DNA of 64,000 nt from the human T2T-CHM13v2.0 reference genome, Homo sapiens: the NCBI RefSeq assembly GCF_009914755.1, contig NC_060933.1. One strand, 5' to 3'. The position numbers were made by a program, and so were the translations under genes. Below the pieces are notes generated by a model, which was not told the DNA's origin, ran no database searches, and worked only from the letters and a program-made list of their open reading frames with translations. Below are positions 14,769 through 27,370 of the stretch, piece after piece; position 1 is the stretch's first letter, and every line of letters starts with the position of its first letter.

Positions 14769-15969
14769 GTGTGAAAAGGGTTCCATGTTTCTAGTGATGG
14801 CACGAAGAGGCATTACTGTCTATTAGCATTAGCTCTGAGCCCCTTGTTACTGGATATAGGACACAATAATATTTGAATTGTGGGTTTATTATTATTATTA
14901 TTATTGAAGGCTTAGTATAGACACTGTTAAAAAATGCACTCTCATATTCCTCCTCCTCTGCTCTAGCTCCCTCAGGTGTTTTAATCTTTCTCACCCTATG
15001 TTTCACTTACAAATCCATGTAAATGGATAATTATGCATTCTGTTTTCTCTCATCCAATACTGGTCCAATGACTCAGACCAAATTTCTGTACCTTCATACT
15101 CTCTTACCTTAGAATGGGTCATCCCCTAGAAGGCTTTTCAGCTTCTAACAAAAATTCCTAGAATCTCTATCCTGTCAATTAAAGCTGTTTCTGGTCAGTC
15201 ACACAGAACCACATGAAGTAGAATAGAACCAGAAAGCCCTTTACAGAAGAGGTTGTAGTGGAGATGAGTCTTTAAGAATCAATTTGATTTTGAACCCACA
15301 GATAAAATCTGTGATTCACTATTTCCAAAAATGTGTCGAGTGTGTACATTCCAGTGTGTCTCAGAATCACTTGGTAGAGGAACATAAAACATATTTTAAA
15401 CGTGGCTAGCTAGACAAAATTCAATAAAATTTCCTACACTGTTTTATTCACTTTGTTTGAGGTTTGTCCTAGTGTTACAATAAATAATTTAGATTTTCCA
15501 GAAAAAAATAACAACAAAATGAAAACTCTCATTTGGCTGATTTTTGCTAAACCTAGAGGTTTTATCAGAATTATAGATTTTCTGTAACATTCTTCACATA
15601 TGCTGTTTCACTGTATCTTTATTTCATTTGTTAGAGCAGAAAGTGGAATATAGATCTGCCTGTAGCTCCAGGAATGGATGGACAGGTGAAAATAATCTGT
15701 CATTTTGTCTTTTTGTGAATGAAATATTGATATAAAACAGGCAAAGCCTTGAAAAGAAACATCCAAATGGGGTCAGATCACAAAATATATTGCAAAAGAT
15801 TTATCTAATGCCTTTTCAGTAAAAGAAAACAAACAAGATATGAAAAGAATAGGAATTTCACCTTTCCAGTTGAGTGTAGACAATTATAGTTAGTCATTTC
15901 CCCAAAGACTTTGTCTTCTTACTTGTTGTCCTCCAGTCTTTTCTCTGCTTTCAATTCCCTAATACAACT

Positions 15970-16200
15970 TGCTCTTTTATATTTCCATGAATTTGCACTG
16001 TCTATTTCCTATTCCCAAAATGCCCTTCCCCATTTTTCTTCCTGAGAAATTCTGCATTATCCTTCTACACCCTCACTCATGTATTACTTCTGTGTCATCC
16101 TCCTGATATTCCTCCTCAGTTGGTAAAGTATAACAGCACTCTTTCTGTCTGTGTTTGCATTGCATGTTGATCATACTTCTATTGCAGAATTTATCAAACT
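15970..16200 (+). mobile_element. L2 fragment
   Basis: 'tttgcactgtctatttcc..aatgcccttcccc..aaattctgcattatccttc'. Confidence 0.5.
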
Positions 16201-17974
16201 GCCCATGAGCATCTTCAATCATCAGTCTTCAAGTGCTTTCAAGGGAGAGACAATATCCCCAGGTCAATTAATTCAAATCATTTCTAACCCCTATTTCAAA
16301 ACATGCAGTATCTTCAAGTCCTCCAGTTTGTTGGAATCAACTTGTCCTTGTCAACTTAAATAAAACTGGTTCTACCCTACATGAAAAAGGAAAGTCAACA
16401 TCTCCTGCTAAGGATTTTTCAAGTGGGGGAAGAATTTGTTTGTCTTAGTAACTTCTCTTCTGATTTTCCCTTTTCACTGAATTCTCCATCTCTTTTCTTC
16501 CTTTCCCTCCCATTCGTGCTGCCCATTTGTAACACTGAACAATGATCTTACACCATTACTCCTCAAACCGCACTGTTTCAAGTCTATATGCAGCCACTTT
16601 GCAAAACAATTGATATAGGGGAATGTTAAATGGCTTTACTTCAAATTTTGACACATGAATGTTTTATATAACTAATTCTTCGGAGACCCTAGACCTTTCC
16701 CACTACCTCCATGGAAATCCGACTAGTGATCTCTTCAGTCAAGTCCAACCTTCTGTCTTATTGTTGTGTCCTCTCTTCCTTGATTTAATTATTTCTTCTC
16801 CCCAATTTAAGCCCCCTCCACCCCCAAAATGTTTGTTCTCTTTTTACACAGAGCACTGCGTTCTGTGCAGCTTCCTGGCTTCCTTCTGGCTCTCTCCTTA
16901 GAACTACCACACACTGTCACAGTTGTGCTTTAACTTATTTTATTAAACAAAGACAGTCTCTCTTTCAAGAGGAAATTTGAAACCACCTTCTAATAGGAAT
17001 GAGCTTCATTACTCCAACAACACATGTAATGGGTATCTGATTATAAGACCCTGTGCTAGGCTCCAGGAATGCCAAAGTGAATAAAGGATTGTAGGATTGT
17101 CCAGCTCACAATGACTTAATAAACTAACAGAGTTCTGTTCATTTTTGATAACCACAGTAAATGGCACATAGGAGGAACATAATAAAAGACAGTATAGGGA
17201 GTAAGAAAAAAAAGTGGAGTCCTCTTCTCAGGTGGTTAAAATTAATGTGGATTTTATCTGGCATCATGTGAATGTGATCAAAAGCAGAATCGTATAGGTA
17301 ATGAACTTTACAAGTTCCTTTCTAACCTCTAATGCATTGATTCTTTTTTTCACCAATTCCAGACAAAAATTTAACCTCATAAGTATACAGTAGCTTTGGA
17401 ACTAGAAATATTTTTAGTAGTAAGTTATACATGAATATAATGAAACTACAGAAAATACAGTATCCTTGAGAAACGTTTAAGATATCTTATTAAACAATTA
17501 GCTGAAACTATTTTAAAAGTTACTTAGGAAGGAATTAAGAAGCATACATTAAACTTCCTTATTAAAAAAAGAGTCTGAAAGCTGGTCATATAAAGCTTAG
17601 GCTGATACTTACATTATTTAATAATAGTGTAAATCATTTCTTGAATGGCTTTATGTTTTTGAAAAGGGACTGTGCTGAAAATGAATGAAGTCATAAATGA
17701 ACTAAATTGATTTTTTTAATATTTAACTATTTCTGGTGTAACTATATTTCTGAGAAAAGACATGTAGATTTCCATTTTGTGTACTTCATTAAGAGTTTTC
17801 ATTATCACTGCCATCATACTAACTGGCTTTTTAATATCTGATGCCCTTCACAGTTATTTTGGATTCTTATTTGAAAACTACAGGCATGCCTTTGTTCTGG
17901 CTGTACTCTTTATCCAAGGTATAGGGCATTGAGCTTCCTTAAGTTTCCTTTACCTAAAATGTGATTACAGGATA

Positions 17975-19142
17975 CAGGAGTCTATTTAGTGGAAAGCTAA
18001 TGAAGCCTAGCGATCATATCCCCTCAATTGAAGTACCCCCTTCCAAGACCGTTAGAAGGTTAACATGGTCATATGTTTTTCATAACATTGGGTTAACATG
18101 GTCATATGTTTTTCATAAAGTTTGAAAGAGTTAGAATAGTCTAGCTACAGGTAAAAATTCTATTCCTAGCATCATTTCTATTACACCTTTTCTTCCCCTG
18201 AAATAGCCAGAATATGTTTGGTAGACACATATTTAATTTGGGTTAGTATTGCTATCTGGTATAGAAATGGAATCCAGGAATATTCTTTCTGCTTGCTGTG
18301 CTAATTCACCCAGGTTGTGTCATAAAGATCCAGGTCTAGAATGATATTACGATGTGAATACAGCCTGTGATACCCAGCACCAGAAGTACATTAGAATAGA
18401 GGAGAAAAATGGATTGAAATGTGTGCAGCCCAAATTTAGTCTGAAGAAAACTCTACTAGCCATCATTTATGTAAGATTTTAAATAGAAGACTGGTTCTCA
18501 GCAAAGCCTAGTTCTAACAGAAGTTCTCTCTTATTGTGAACAAACTTGGTAATTCAGCTTACATAATTATGAACCCACTTTCCAGTTTTCCTTTATTGAT
18601 GGAAAAATGCAAAGTACAATTTATTAAAATCCCCATATTTGTAACACAAAAATCTGTAGTAATACAGGAACCAATTAGTAAATCATAACAGTTTATATAG
18701 GAAAGAAATTCAATAAAAGTTTTCCAAACTTTGACAACAGTCTTAAAACATTTACAGCATTGCCAATGATGAGTTTTGAAACTAAAATTTTTCTAAATTT
18801 TATTAATAAGAAAGAAGTTTTTGAACAATTATGATAGATGAGTCTGTTTTCCCCAGACTAAATAGTGTTATAAAACTTTGAGTTCAAAGAGAAAACAGAC
18901 AAAAGTATTACCAAAAAAAGGCATTTTTAAGGTGTAAAAGTAGTTAATAAAAATGTTTTTTATTTTGTGATGGATTTATCGTCAGTCTTTGAAAATTTGT
19001 CAATTATTGTGATTTCTTTGCTTTTTCAAAATAAATAGCAACTTTCTTATCTAATTTTGTATTCATAATTTATATTATTTTATTTAAAGAGGGTCTCCAA
19101 ATTTTATAAGGTGCAAGACCCACAAAATCTTGATCTGCTGAG
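17975..19142 (+). mobile_element. Internally deleted hAT-Tip100 DNA transposon (Zaphod/MER115-like)
   Basis: 5' end 'ggaaagctaatgaagc..ccccttccaagacc..acatggtcatatgttttt'. 3' end 'ctccaaattttataag..cccacaaaatcttgatctgc'. Frameshifted hAT dimerisation-domain remnant (FPN-TTVLK-FTALPMMS) at ~18720-18840. Confidence 0.7.
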
Positions 19143-19974
19143 AGCACAGTATAAGGAACTACAAATGTCTCCTCTTTGCTAAATCCCAGTCTTTTCCCCA
19201 CACTCAGACTAGGTCCCCACACACTTGGTTCTCTCTTCGTTTGAAATTTAAAACAGCTGCCACCAATTCTGTCCCTGTGCTTTTGGAATCCTATTCCCAG
19301 AAATATACAAGCAAGTGGATCATAAATATTCAACCCCTACTTGTTGTGCCAATGTATTGTGGCCAAAGAACCCCTCAGACAGGTGCTCATGCTGATAAGA
19401 TTACACATATCTTGTTAAATTTAAGATACTTCTAAAGCATAGGTACAGGAGAAAAACTCCTGAAAGAGCACCAAGACTTTTACACAGAAGCAGCTATGTA
19501 TACACATTACTCTCTGCTGCACAAAACTTCATAGCCTTGAATGAGAGAAGGAAGTAAAATTCAGGATTAATTTTTTCTATCTCAAAGATTCAGCTTCGTG
19601 TCCTTTGAATACTCCTGTCTTCAAAAACACCAAAAAGATAAGTATAAACTTTGCTCACTTTAAAGATGAAAACCATGGAAAATTTATAGAGGGAAATAAT
19701 TGGAACTGTAAGGAGTCTAAGAAATTTTACATAATTCTTAAAGTCATTTAGTACTGATCTGAGTAACCAGACACCCTTACTAGATATAAACTGAAACTCA
19801 ATTTTATCTGCTCCTCTCTTAATCCCAAACCAGATGTGGAAACATCCATTTCTTCCTCTTTCTAGGTTCATGCCCCCTTTCCTTCATAAAAGCTCATCTC
19901 CCTGCCTGAAACCCACCCACAAGACCCAAAGAAACCATGAGATCGGGAAGTAGTTTCAGCTAATATCAAATACC

Positions 19975-20770
19975 TGTTTTTACTTATTTTTTTCTCATTT
20001 TATTTCTTATTATGAAACTAACATATGCTCATTATAATCTTTAAAATATGAAAATAACAGATACAGAATATAGACATAATCCCAACCCTTAAACCTACGT
20101 TTCATATTTTCAATTTCCTTTCTGACACATCTACATTTTTCAGAAAATTGCAATAATGTGATGTATACGATGTTATAATCTATGTCACATATTTAATGTG
20201 GCATAAGCATTTTTATAAGTCACAACCTTTCTTTTGAAAACCACAATTTTACAAGAAGGATTAATTCCATGTTGATATCTATCAACTTCCTTTTTTAATA
20301 TTGGTTTATGATTTCCAATATTATAATCATACTGTTATATATCTTTTAATTGAATACTTGACCACATTTCTTAGTGGAATAAATTTAGAAAAGTGAAATT
20401 ACTTAGTCAAATTTCTAAGATAATCTTAAACATTAAGAATTTTATATTATTAGCATATAAAAGGTTTTTCTAGTTTATATGGCACTTGCTGTGGATGAAT
20501 ATACCTGTCATTATTCTCTCTCCCACAACTGATATGTTTTTTGCCTATTTGCCAATTTCATGAAAGCATTATACTTCATTCTTGTTTTATTGTTTATTAC
20601 ATTGTATGTGTATGATATTGAGCATTTTCCTAATAATTTTTGTCATTTATATTTCTTCTTGAATTGATAGTTTATGTTCCATTCCTATTTTTTTCTATTA
20701 TGCATTCAGTGGGATTTAAAAAATTGATTGAAAACAGTTTTAAAATGATTACAAATATCAACTCTATCAT
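19975..20770 (-). mobile_element. Highly decayed L1ME fragments
   Basis: 'tttccaatattataa', 'tttgccaattt', 'gatattgagcattttcc' in an AT-rich context. Confidence 0.45.
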
Positions 20771-21899
20771 GTTTCATCAATGTTTGTGTGAATTAGTGAG
20801 AAATTTAAATAATAGGTTCGGGGTGGACACTTGATGCCTTTTTCACTTGGAATCCTACTTTTACTGGTGAATTATTTGCTTCTCTGTGTTCTTCTGTTAG
20901 CACCCATCTGAATGAAACTGGGCTTTTTTTTCATAGAATGGGTTCCTTTTGCTATTTCCTCACTTCATTTTTTTTGCAGAATCACAGGTAGCAAGGGAAA
21001 TTTTTGGATGGAGTTTATGAAAGTTAGGTTTTTCTATTGTGAGCCATTTGCAAGAATTTTTTTTAAAAAAACAGACTAAATTAACATCAATTAAATGTTT
21101 TCTCAAAAAGGCAATTCTTATCCTTTTTAACAATACAAAGGTAAACAGACTTCCACCTTAATTGCTCATTGTTCTGTACCTCAACTGCATCAGTTTCCTG
21201 GAATTCTTTTGGGGGATTATTCATATGTTCATTAGACAGGAATAAGAATTATTTAAAAAATTATAAAGAAACAATTCTTCTTAAAGAGTTATGGTAAATG
21301 AATCAACTAGATTTCAATTATAAAACTATGTTCCTACTTCTTTCAAAAAGTGTTCTAATTGCTCTTCATAAATTATTGTTTATCTCAAAATAAATATAGT
21401 TGCCCATAATTAAGACTGTGTTTTCCAGAAGTGTCACCTGTTCAGCAGGTGTCTAAAGTCTTCATTGGGGTAAACTGATGGATTCAGGAGTATTAAGTAT
21501 TTGTTTTGAAGATAGTCTGTTGCACTCTAGAGCAGAGAGGACAAAAATCTAGTGCATCCAGACATGACTCTCCTGGGCTGTTGCACTTACACACTGCAAG
21601 GTTGGAAAAACATACTTCTACATGGCCAGAAGCATGAGTCCAAAATTTCTGTTTTTAACTAAATGATATGGTTAAACTCTGTCCACCTCTAGTTCTATTC
21701 TGCCACCTCAGTGTTCTATCAAAACAATTAATTGAACACTAAGCTATACAAAAGGTATGTCTGATGAGTTTAATTCCCAAATTTACCCTTCTTTTTCAGG
21801 TAGCAATCTGCAAAAGGTAAGTCTCAAAATGTGTTCCTCACCTCTCAGTCAATATTCGTTCTAAAAGATACCCTATTGCTTTATACAACCATTGTTAAC

Positions 21900-22700
21900 A
21901 ACCTCTGCAATTTCAAACCATAAAGGCACTAGGGCTACTTGTGACAATCATGTGGAGATACTAAAAAACAGAAGAGTCCATAAGTTGTACTAGAAGTCCT
22001 CTCCTAAGATAGAGATTGAGAAAGCCATGACCCAGCCAAGAGAATAGGTCCCAGAGTGCTGAAATACTGAAAACCATTCTCCCTGCTCTCTTATATGAGA
22101 AATTGATTATTCTACCATATGTGGGCCTATATCATACCGCCATGGCACCCATGCCTTCTTGGCCAGCCAACAGACAGTTGAGAATAATTCTGTAGTCTCA
22201 AACTTACGTGACCCTACTAGGCTAAGAATAATCTGGATTAATTAGCTGAAACTCTTCATCCTGGGTAGGTTCACTGGCTATTTGACCTAATGTGGGTGAC
22301 ACATTCTATATCTTTGCTGTCAGTTTAGTTAACACCTCTTCCTCATCCTAAATGTTAATGAGATACAAGCCAAGTTGTATAATACCATGTCTACTACTAT
22401 GCTTCCCCCTCAACGAGGCAAGTGTGCTTCCTTGCATCCATGCCAAGGAGTGCCTGTAAGGATCTAGAGGAGAATCTTGAAAAACCTCAAATACAAGGTG
22501 AATATGTCCTAGATATAGAACATATTGAGATAAAGCAGAAAGGAAAAGACCAGTTGTCCACATAGGAAGAACAGGAAAATGGGACATACTGACCAGCCTG
22601 GAAAAGGAAAATAACCGGGATTGTTCCAAGGTATACCAGATGGTGGCTATCTTACCCATTGGTGGGCACAGGAGTCATGAAACTGAACAAGACACACATT
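21900..22700 (-). pseudogene. ERV env remnant (TM: immunosuppressive-domain-like and membrane-proximal segments)
   Basis: Minus-strand translation of ~22198-22141 gives DYRIILNCLLAGQEGMGAM (cf. DNRxALDxLLAxQGGVCA), then VE*SISHIREQGEWFS, then LWDLFSWLG near 22056-22030. Stops and frameshifts are present. Confidence 0.75.
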
Positions 22701-23469
22701 TGCAGCTGCAGCGATGTAGTAGACAAAAATTTAACTAGACTACAGCATTGTTTCTAAGTTTCCTCCAGTAATCAAATAAACTTTTTAATTGGCAAGAAGA
22801 AGAAATGTCCTGCTAAACCAGCTTGACCTCAAGTCAGTAGACCACTTCATCAGTCGGTACTGGGTGGTGCCAAAAGACTGGGAATTGTCAAGCAAATTGT
22901 TATATGTTGGAATGGCTACCAGCCCTCCTATTGCTGCATCTAGAAGAATAACCGGTTACAGAGGGAGGGTAAGTTAGTGAGATACCTCAAAGAAATTGTG
23001 GCAGCCTTAATGATAATTCCATACTATCTTCTGTACAAACCCAGCATCTTGTGGTTTCAGGAGTTCTTTCACCAGGTGAAGAACGATCAGATGTCCATCA
23101 TCACCACACCTCATATAGCAGTCAAAAAATACTTATTTGCTTCCTAACTAGGGTGAGGACAACCAACACAGTGCCATTAGACTAGGCCCAGTAGTTCATG
23201 GAACAGAGAGGAAGTAACGGTTATGGCCACCAATGCCAACCAATGACCTAGCAATGACCACCACTTGGCATGTGAAATCCAATCTCCCCAACCATTCCAA
23301 AGAGTAACAGCAGAGAGTAAAAAAAAAAAAAAAAGGAACAGTGTGGGAAGGAACTGGAGTTGTATTACTCCAGTTACCTTCCCTTTCCTACTGTTGGAAG
23401 GACACTGATATATTTGTGTAGAAGATGGCTCTGTACAGAGCATGAATAGCATTAGACACGGAGTCCACC

Positions 23470-23830
23470 ACACAGCTCACTAGTAACATATGCATTTTCT
23501 ATTAATAAGGGGCATAGAGTACTCCTCAGATCCAATGTTGAGTGGCCAAGGACTGTGTTGCCTTGGTGTAAAGAGGGCTCTGTTATTTGATTGGATGAAA
23601 TTTGGGTATCCCAATAGTAAATAATTAATAATAATAATAATAATTCCTTAAATGTTTGAATTGTGAGTTGGATTTCTGTAATAGACAATCATACTTCAAA
23701 GCTGAAGCAAGCATTTACAATAGTGGTCAGTATATATGCTAAGCCATATTGGATGTTAATAACCCAATGACTTCAATGTGCCAATTCTGGGCTGGGCCAA
23801 CCCCAGAGGATGGCACTGCAGACTTCCATT
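23470..23830 (-). pseudogene. ERV integrase core remnant, class III/ERV-L-like
   Basis: Minus strand, with frameshifts: GVGPAQNWHIEVIGLL / GLAYILTTIVN / LGYPNFIQSNNRALFT / KATQSLATQHWI*GVLYAPY (cf. PAxxWQIDYIGPL...GxPxxIQSDNGxxF..ATQxWA..GIxWxxHAPY). An (AAT)n repeat lies inside at ~23620-23644. Confidence 0.75.
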
Positions 23831-25199
23831 CACCTGTGCAGCTAAGAAGTAACCTGATTTTGTTTGTTTGTTTGTTTGTTTAACATTATGCAGTTCTTCA
23901 TAGGTGATGTATCATTTGCCTCAGGCAAGCTGAGTGTGGATACTGTACTTACTCATGTCTATGTTTGGTACACACATACCCTCAGTGAGCAAGAGGGAGA
24001 ACACCAAATAGATTGGCCTCTTCATTTTAGATTACAGAAACTATTCAGTAAATATTTATTGTATGAATAACCCTATCATTGGAATGAGCTTCTTCCAAAG
24101 TCTCAAAATTAAATAACCTCAGAAAAGACAGTCAAGGACCTCGTGGAATACACTCCAACTTTCGATGAATAGTTTTATTGTCTGACTTAGACTGAGAGAT
24201 TAAGAATTACAGGAAAATCATTTGAATGGTAATAAGGAATTTCATTAGACATTACGCTAAATTAAGGACTCAATAACTTGTTAAGGAGGACAATATTTGG
24301 GGGTTCATGAGCCTTCAGGTAGCTCTCAAATCTCATGCTGCCTAATGCAGAGGCAAATACTTTGACATATTTAATGTTATATTTTGAAAAGACATAATTT
24401 TCCAAAACCTTCTAGTAAGCCATAAGGAGAACACAGAGGGTCATTCAAATAAGATAAATATGCATATAGTAAATCTCATTTTGCGTACTGAGTAGTTTAT
24501 GTCTTTCTTGACTGTTGACAGTGCAGTATTTTGTCTGGTGTATGCCCTTCTAGGAAAAGAAAAAATAGAGTTCAACCAGTTTGGCTATAAATTCAAAATT
24601 AATAGAGAAATGAATTATTCATCTATATTTATAGCCTGTGTATAACTATCTGGCCTTTGCCATCATAGCTATTTTTCTTATGTGAATTAATAATGGATAA
24701 GAAGCTAGTTGCCTTCAAACGCCAGAACTCTTGCTTATTTTTTTATTTTTTAAACTCTAAATTAAAAATAAAATGTATTATAAGACTGATGTATCATACA
24801 TCATTTCTAATATCCTGCAGCTATAAGATCTCAAAATTCTCATCTTTAGTGCCATTAGGCTGCAATGCTATTAATGTCTGTAAGGGATATAACAATTAGC
24901 TTTGATACAGTATCTCTCTCCTGACTAGATGTGGTCATGGAATATAAGATTTATAGGCATATACAATTTCTAGAAATATAAACTCTCTGAAAGTTACTGC
25001 TAGAAATGAAAACAAACAACTTTAGAGCTCTTATTTATAATATTAACACATTATATTTGAGAGCTTTGCACAGTGAAAGAGCCCATGATTCGTTAATATC
25101 TCATCCTCAGGAATTTAAATCGTAGTCCTTTTTTAGTAATAAAATAGCTGTAAAATTCTGTATCTGATTAATTGCATCTGCCTCTTTATCTACCTAATG

Positions 25200-25390
25200 G
25201 AAAAGGTGTAATGGAAAGAATTTGTGCCTTTGATTCAACTAGACCCCTTTAAATTAGATCTTTCACCAATTAGATGTATGGTTATGATCAAATAATGTCA
25301 TCTCTCTAATACAATTTTTATCAAATAAAAAAGATTCTAATTTATAACTTGAGGAGAATTTATGCAGATGATATATAATATAGCAATTAA
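25200..25390 (+). mobile_element. Degraded MIR
   Basis: 'ggtgtaatggaaagaa...gcctttga..agacc' and a decayed core. Confidence 0.45.
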
Positions 25391-25911
25391 ATGTGATGAT
25401 TAAAGCCTCAGCTCAGTTTCTTTTTTTGTGAGGACTTACTCTGTTCTTTCTATTTCTACCTCTACCAAATTGAAATATATACATCCTCTCAGCTACCTTC
25501 TAGAAAGTATTAACTTCCTTTTCAATATTTTTTCCAAGCCTTAAGTCTCGTCTATTCCTAAAATTATTTTATCTTACCTTAGTTGTTTAATTTTAGCCAA
25601 TCTAAATCCTTTTCATACGAAAGCGAAATAGAGACAATAAATTAATAAACATGGCCTTGCCTAATTCAAGGAAAGTTGCCATTAGGAATAAGAAATAGTA
25701 CATCTTGTGGTCCCAGGTTTTGTTACCTGTCACAACTTAAAGAAATGTTGTTAATATATACTTTAATAATCTTTCTGTTATTATATGTATCTCTTGACTC
25801 ATTCTTTAACTTTGCACATTTGTTGTTTTTATTTGCTTTGGGAAGTTTTATCTGACTTAGACTCAGGGAGTCTTTATCCCTTCTTGGAAATTAACACATT
25901 TAGAAATTTGT

Positions 25912-27370
25912 ATTTTTTTACTCAGCTTTATTAAGGTATAATTGCCAAATAAAAGTTGTATATATTTATCATGTACAATCTGAAGTTTTGATACATTGTG
26001 AAATTATTAAATAAATCTAATTAACATATCCATCACCTCACACACTTGTTATTTTTGAGGTGAGAACATTTAAGATCTGCTTTTTCAGAAATTTTCAAGT
26101 ATTAGTTATTATTAACTATATGTCATCATGTTGTACAACAGACCTCCAGAACTTATTAATCCTAACAGAAACTTTGTACCCTATGACCAACATCTCCCCA
26201 TTTCCCACTCACCCCCAGCACCTGGGAACCACCATTTTATTCTCTCCTTTTGTGAATTCAACTTCTTTGGATTCCACATATGAAATTAGGCATTTCTTTA
26301 TAATCTGGTTTATTTCACTTGACATAATGTTTTCCAGGTTTATCCATGCTGTTGCAAATTATAGGATTTTCTTCTTATTTTTAAGGCTAAATAGTATTGC
26401 ATTGTTTACATATACCACATTTTCTTCATCTATTCATCCATCCATGAGCACTCAGGTTGCTTCCATATCTTGGCTCTTATGAACAATGCTTGTAATAAAC
26501 ATAGGAATGTGGGTATCTCTTCAACATACTTATATGATTTCCTTTGAATATATAACCAGAATTAGAATTGCTGGATCATACAGTAGTTCTATTTTTAATT
26601 TTTTGAGAAATCTTCAAACTGTTTTCTGTAATGACTGTACTTGTTTACAACCCAACCAACAGTGTACAAAAGTTCTGTTTTTTTCACACCCTCTCCAACA
26701 CTTATCTTTTATCTTTTTGAAAAAATCTTTTCTAACAAGTGTCATGTAATATCTCATTGCAGCTTTAGTTTGCATTTCTATGAAGATTAATGATGTTGAC
26801 AATTTTTGTATATATCCGGTTGGCTCTCTGTATGTCTTCTTTTGAGAAATGTCTATTTAAGTCTTTTGCTCATTTTAAAATCAGGTTATTTGTTTTTTAT
26901 TAAGTTGCTTGAGTTCCTTATAGATATTGACTATTAACCAATCCCTTTTCAGGTATTAGGTATACAAATATTTTCTTCTGTAGGTTGTCTCTTTACCCTA
27001 TTGATTGTTTCCCTTTCTGTGCAGAAGCTTTTGAGTTTGTGTGCCATCCCATTTGTGTATTTTGCTTTTTGTTGCCTCTACTTTTGCGGTCATATCAAAA
27101 ACTTCATTGCCCAAGCCAATGCCAAGAGGCTCTGCCCTATGTTGTCTTCCAGTTGTTTTATAGTTTCAGACCTTATATTTAAGTATTTAATGCATTTTGA
27201 GTTGATTTTTTATATACTTTGAGATGAGGGTTCAATTTCACTCTTTGTATGTGGATATTCAATTTTCCCAACATGGTTTATTGAAGAAACTCTTCTTCTC
27301 CATTGTGTGTTCTTGCCACCTTTGTCAAAGATCAATCGACTATAAATGTGTGCATTTATTTCTGGGCTCT
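25912..27370 (-). mobile_element. L1MA7/8-like 3'UTR plus ORF2 C-terminus, antisense
   Basis: 'cagctttattaaggtataatt', 'ttaacatatccatcacctca', 'gaaactttgtaccctatgaccaacatctcccc', 'tttgagaaatgtctattta'. Confidence 0.9.

Noticed and set aside
18058-18118. Spaced direct repeats superficially like a CRISPR unit
   Set aside because: Only two copies with a 5-nt spacer, in mammalian DNA, with no cas genes.
21400-21890. Possible 3' LTR of the ERV remnant
   Set aside because: I could not identify a clear polypurine tract, TG/CA termini or a partner LTR.
22348-22659. 103-aa ORF as a domesticated env (syncytin-like) gene
   Set aside because: It is only a short open stretch of the decayed env region. 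The TM part has stops and frameshifts and lacks an intact CX6CC motif.
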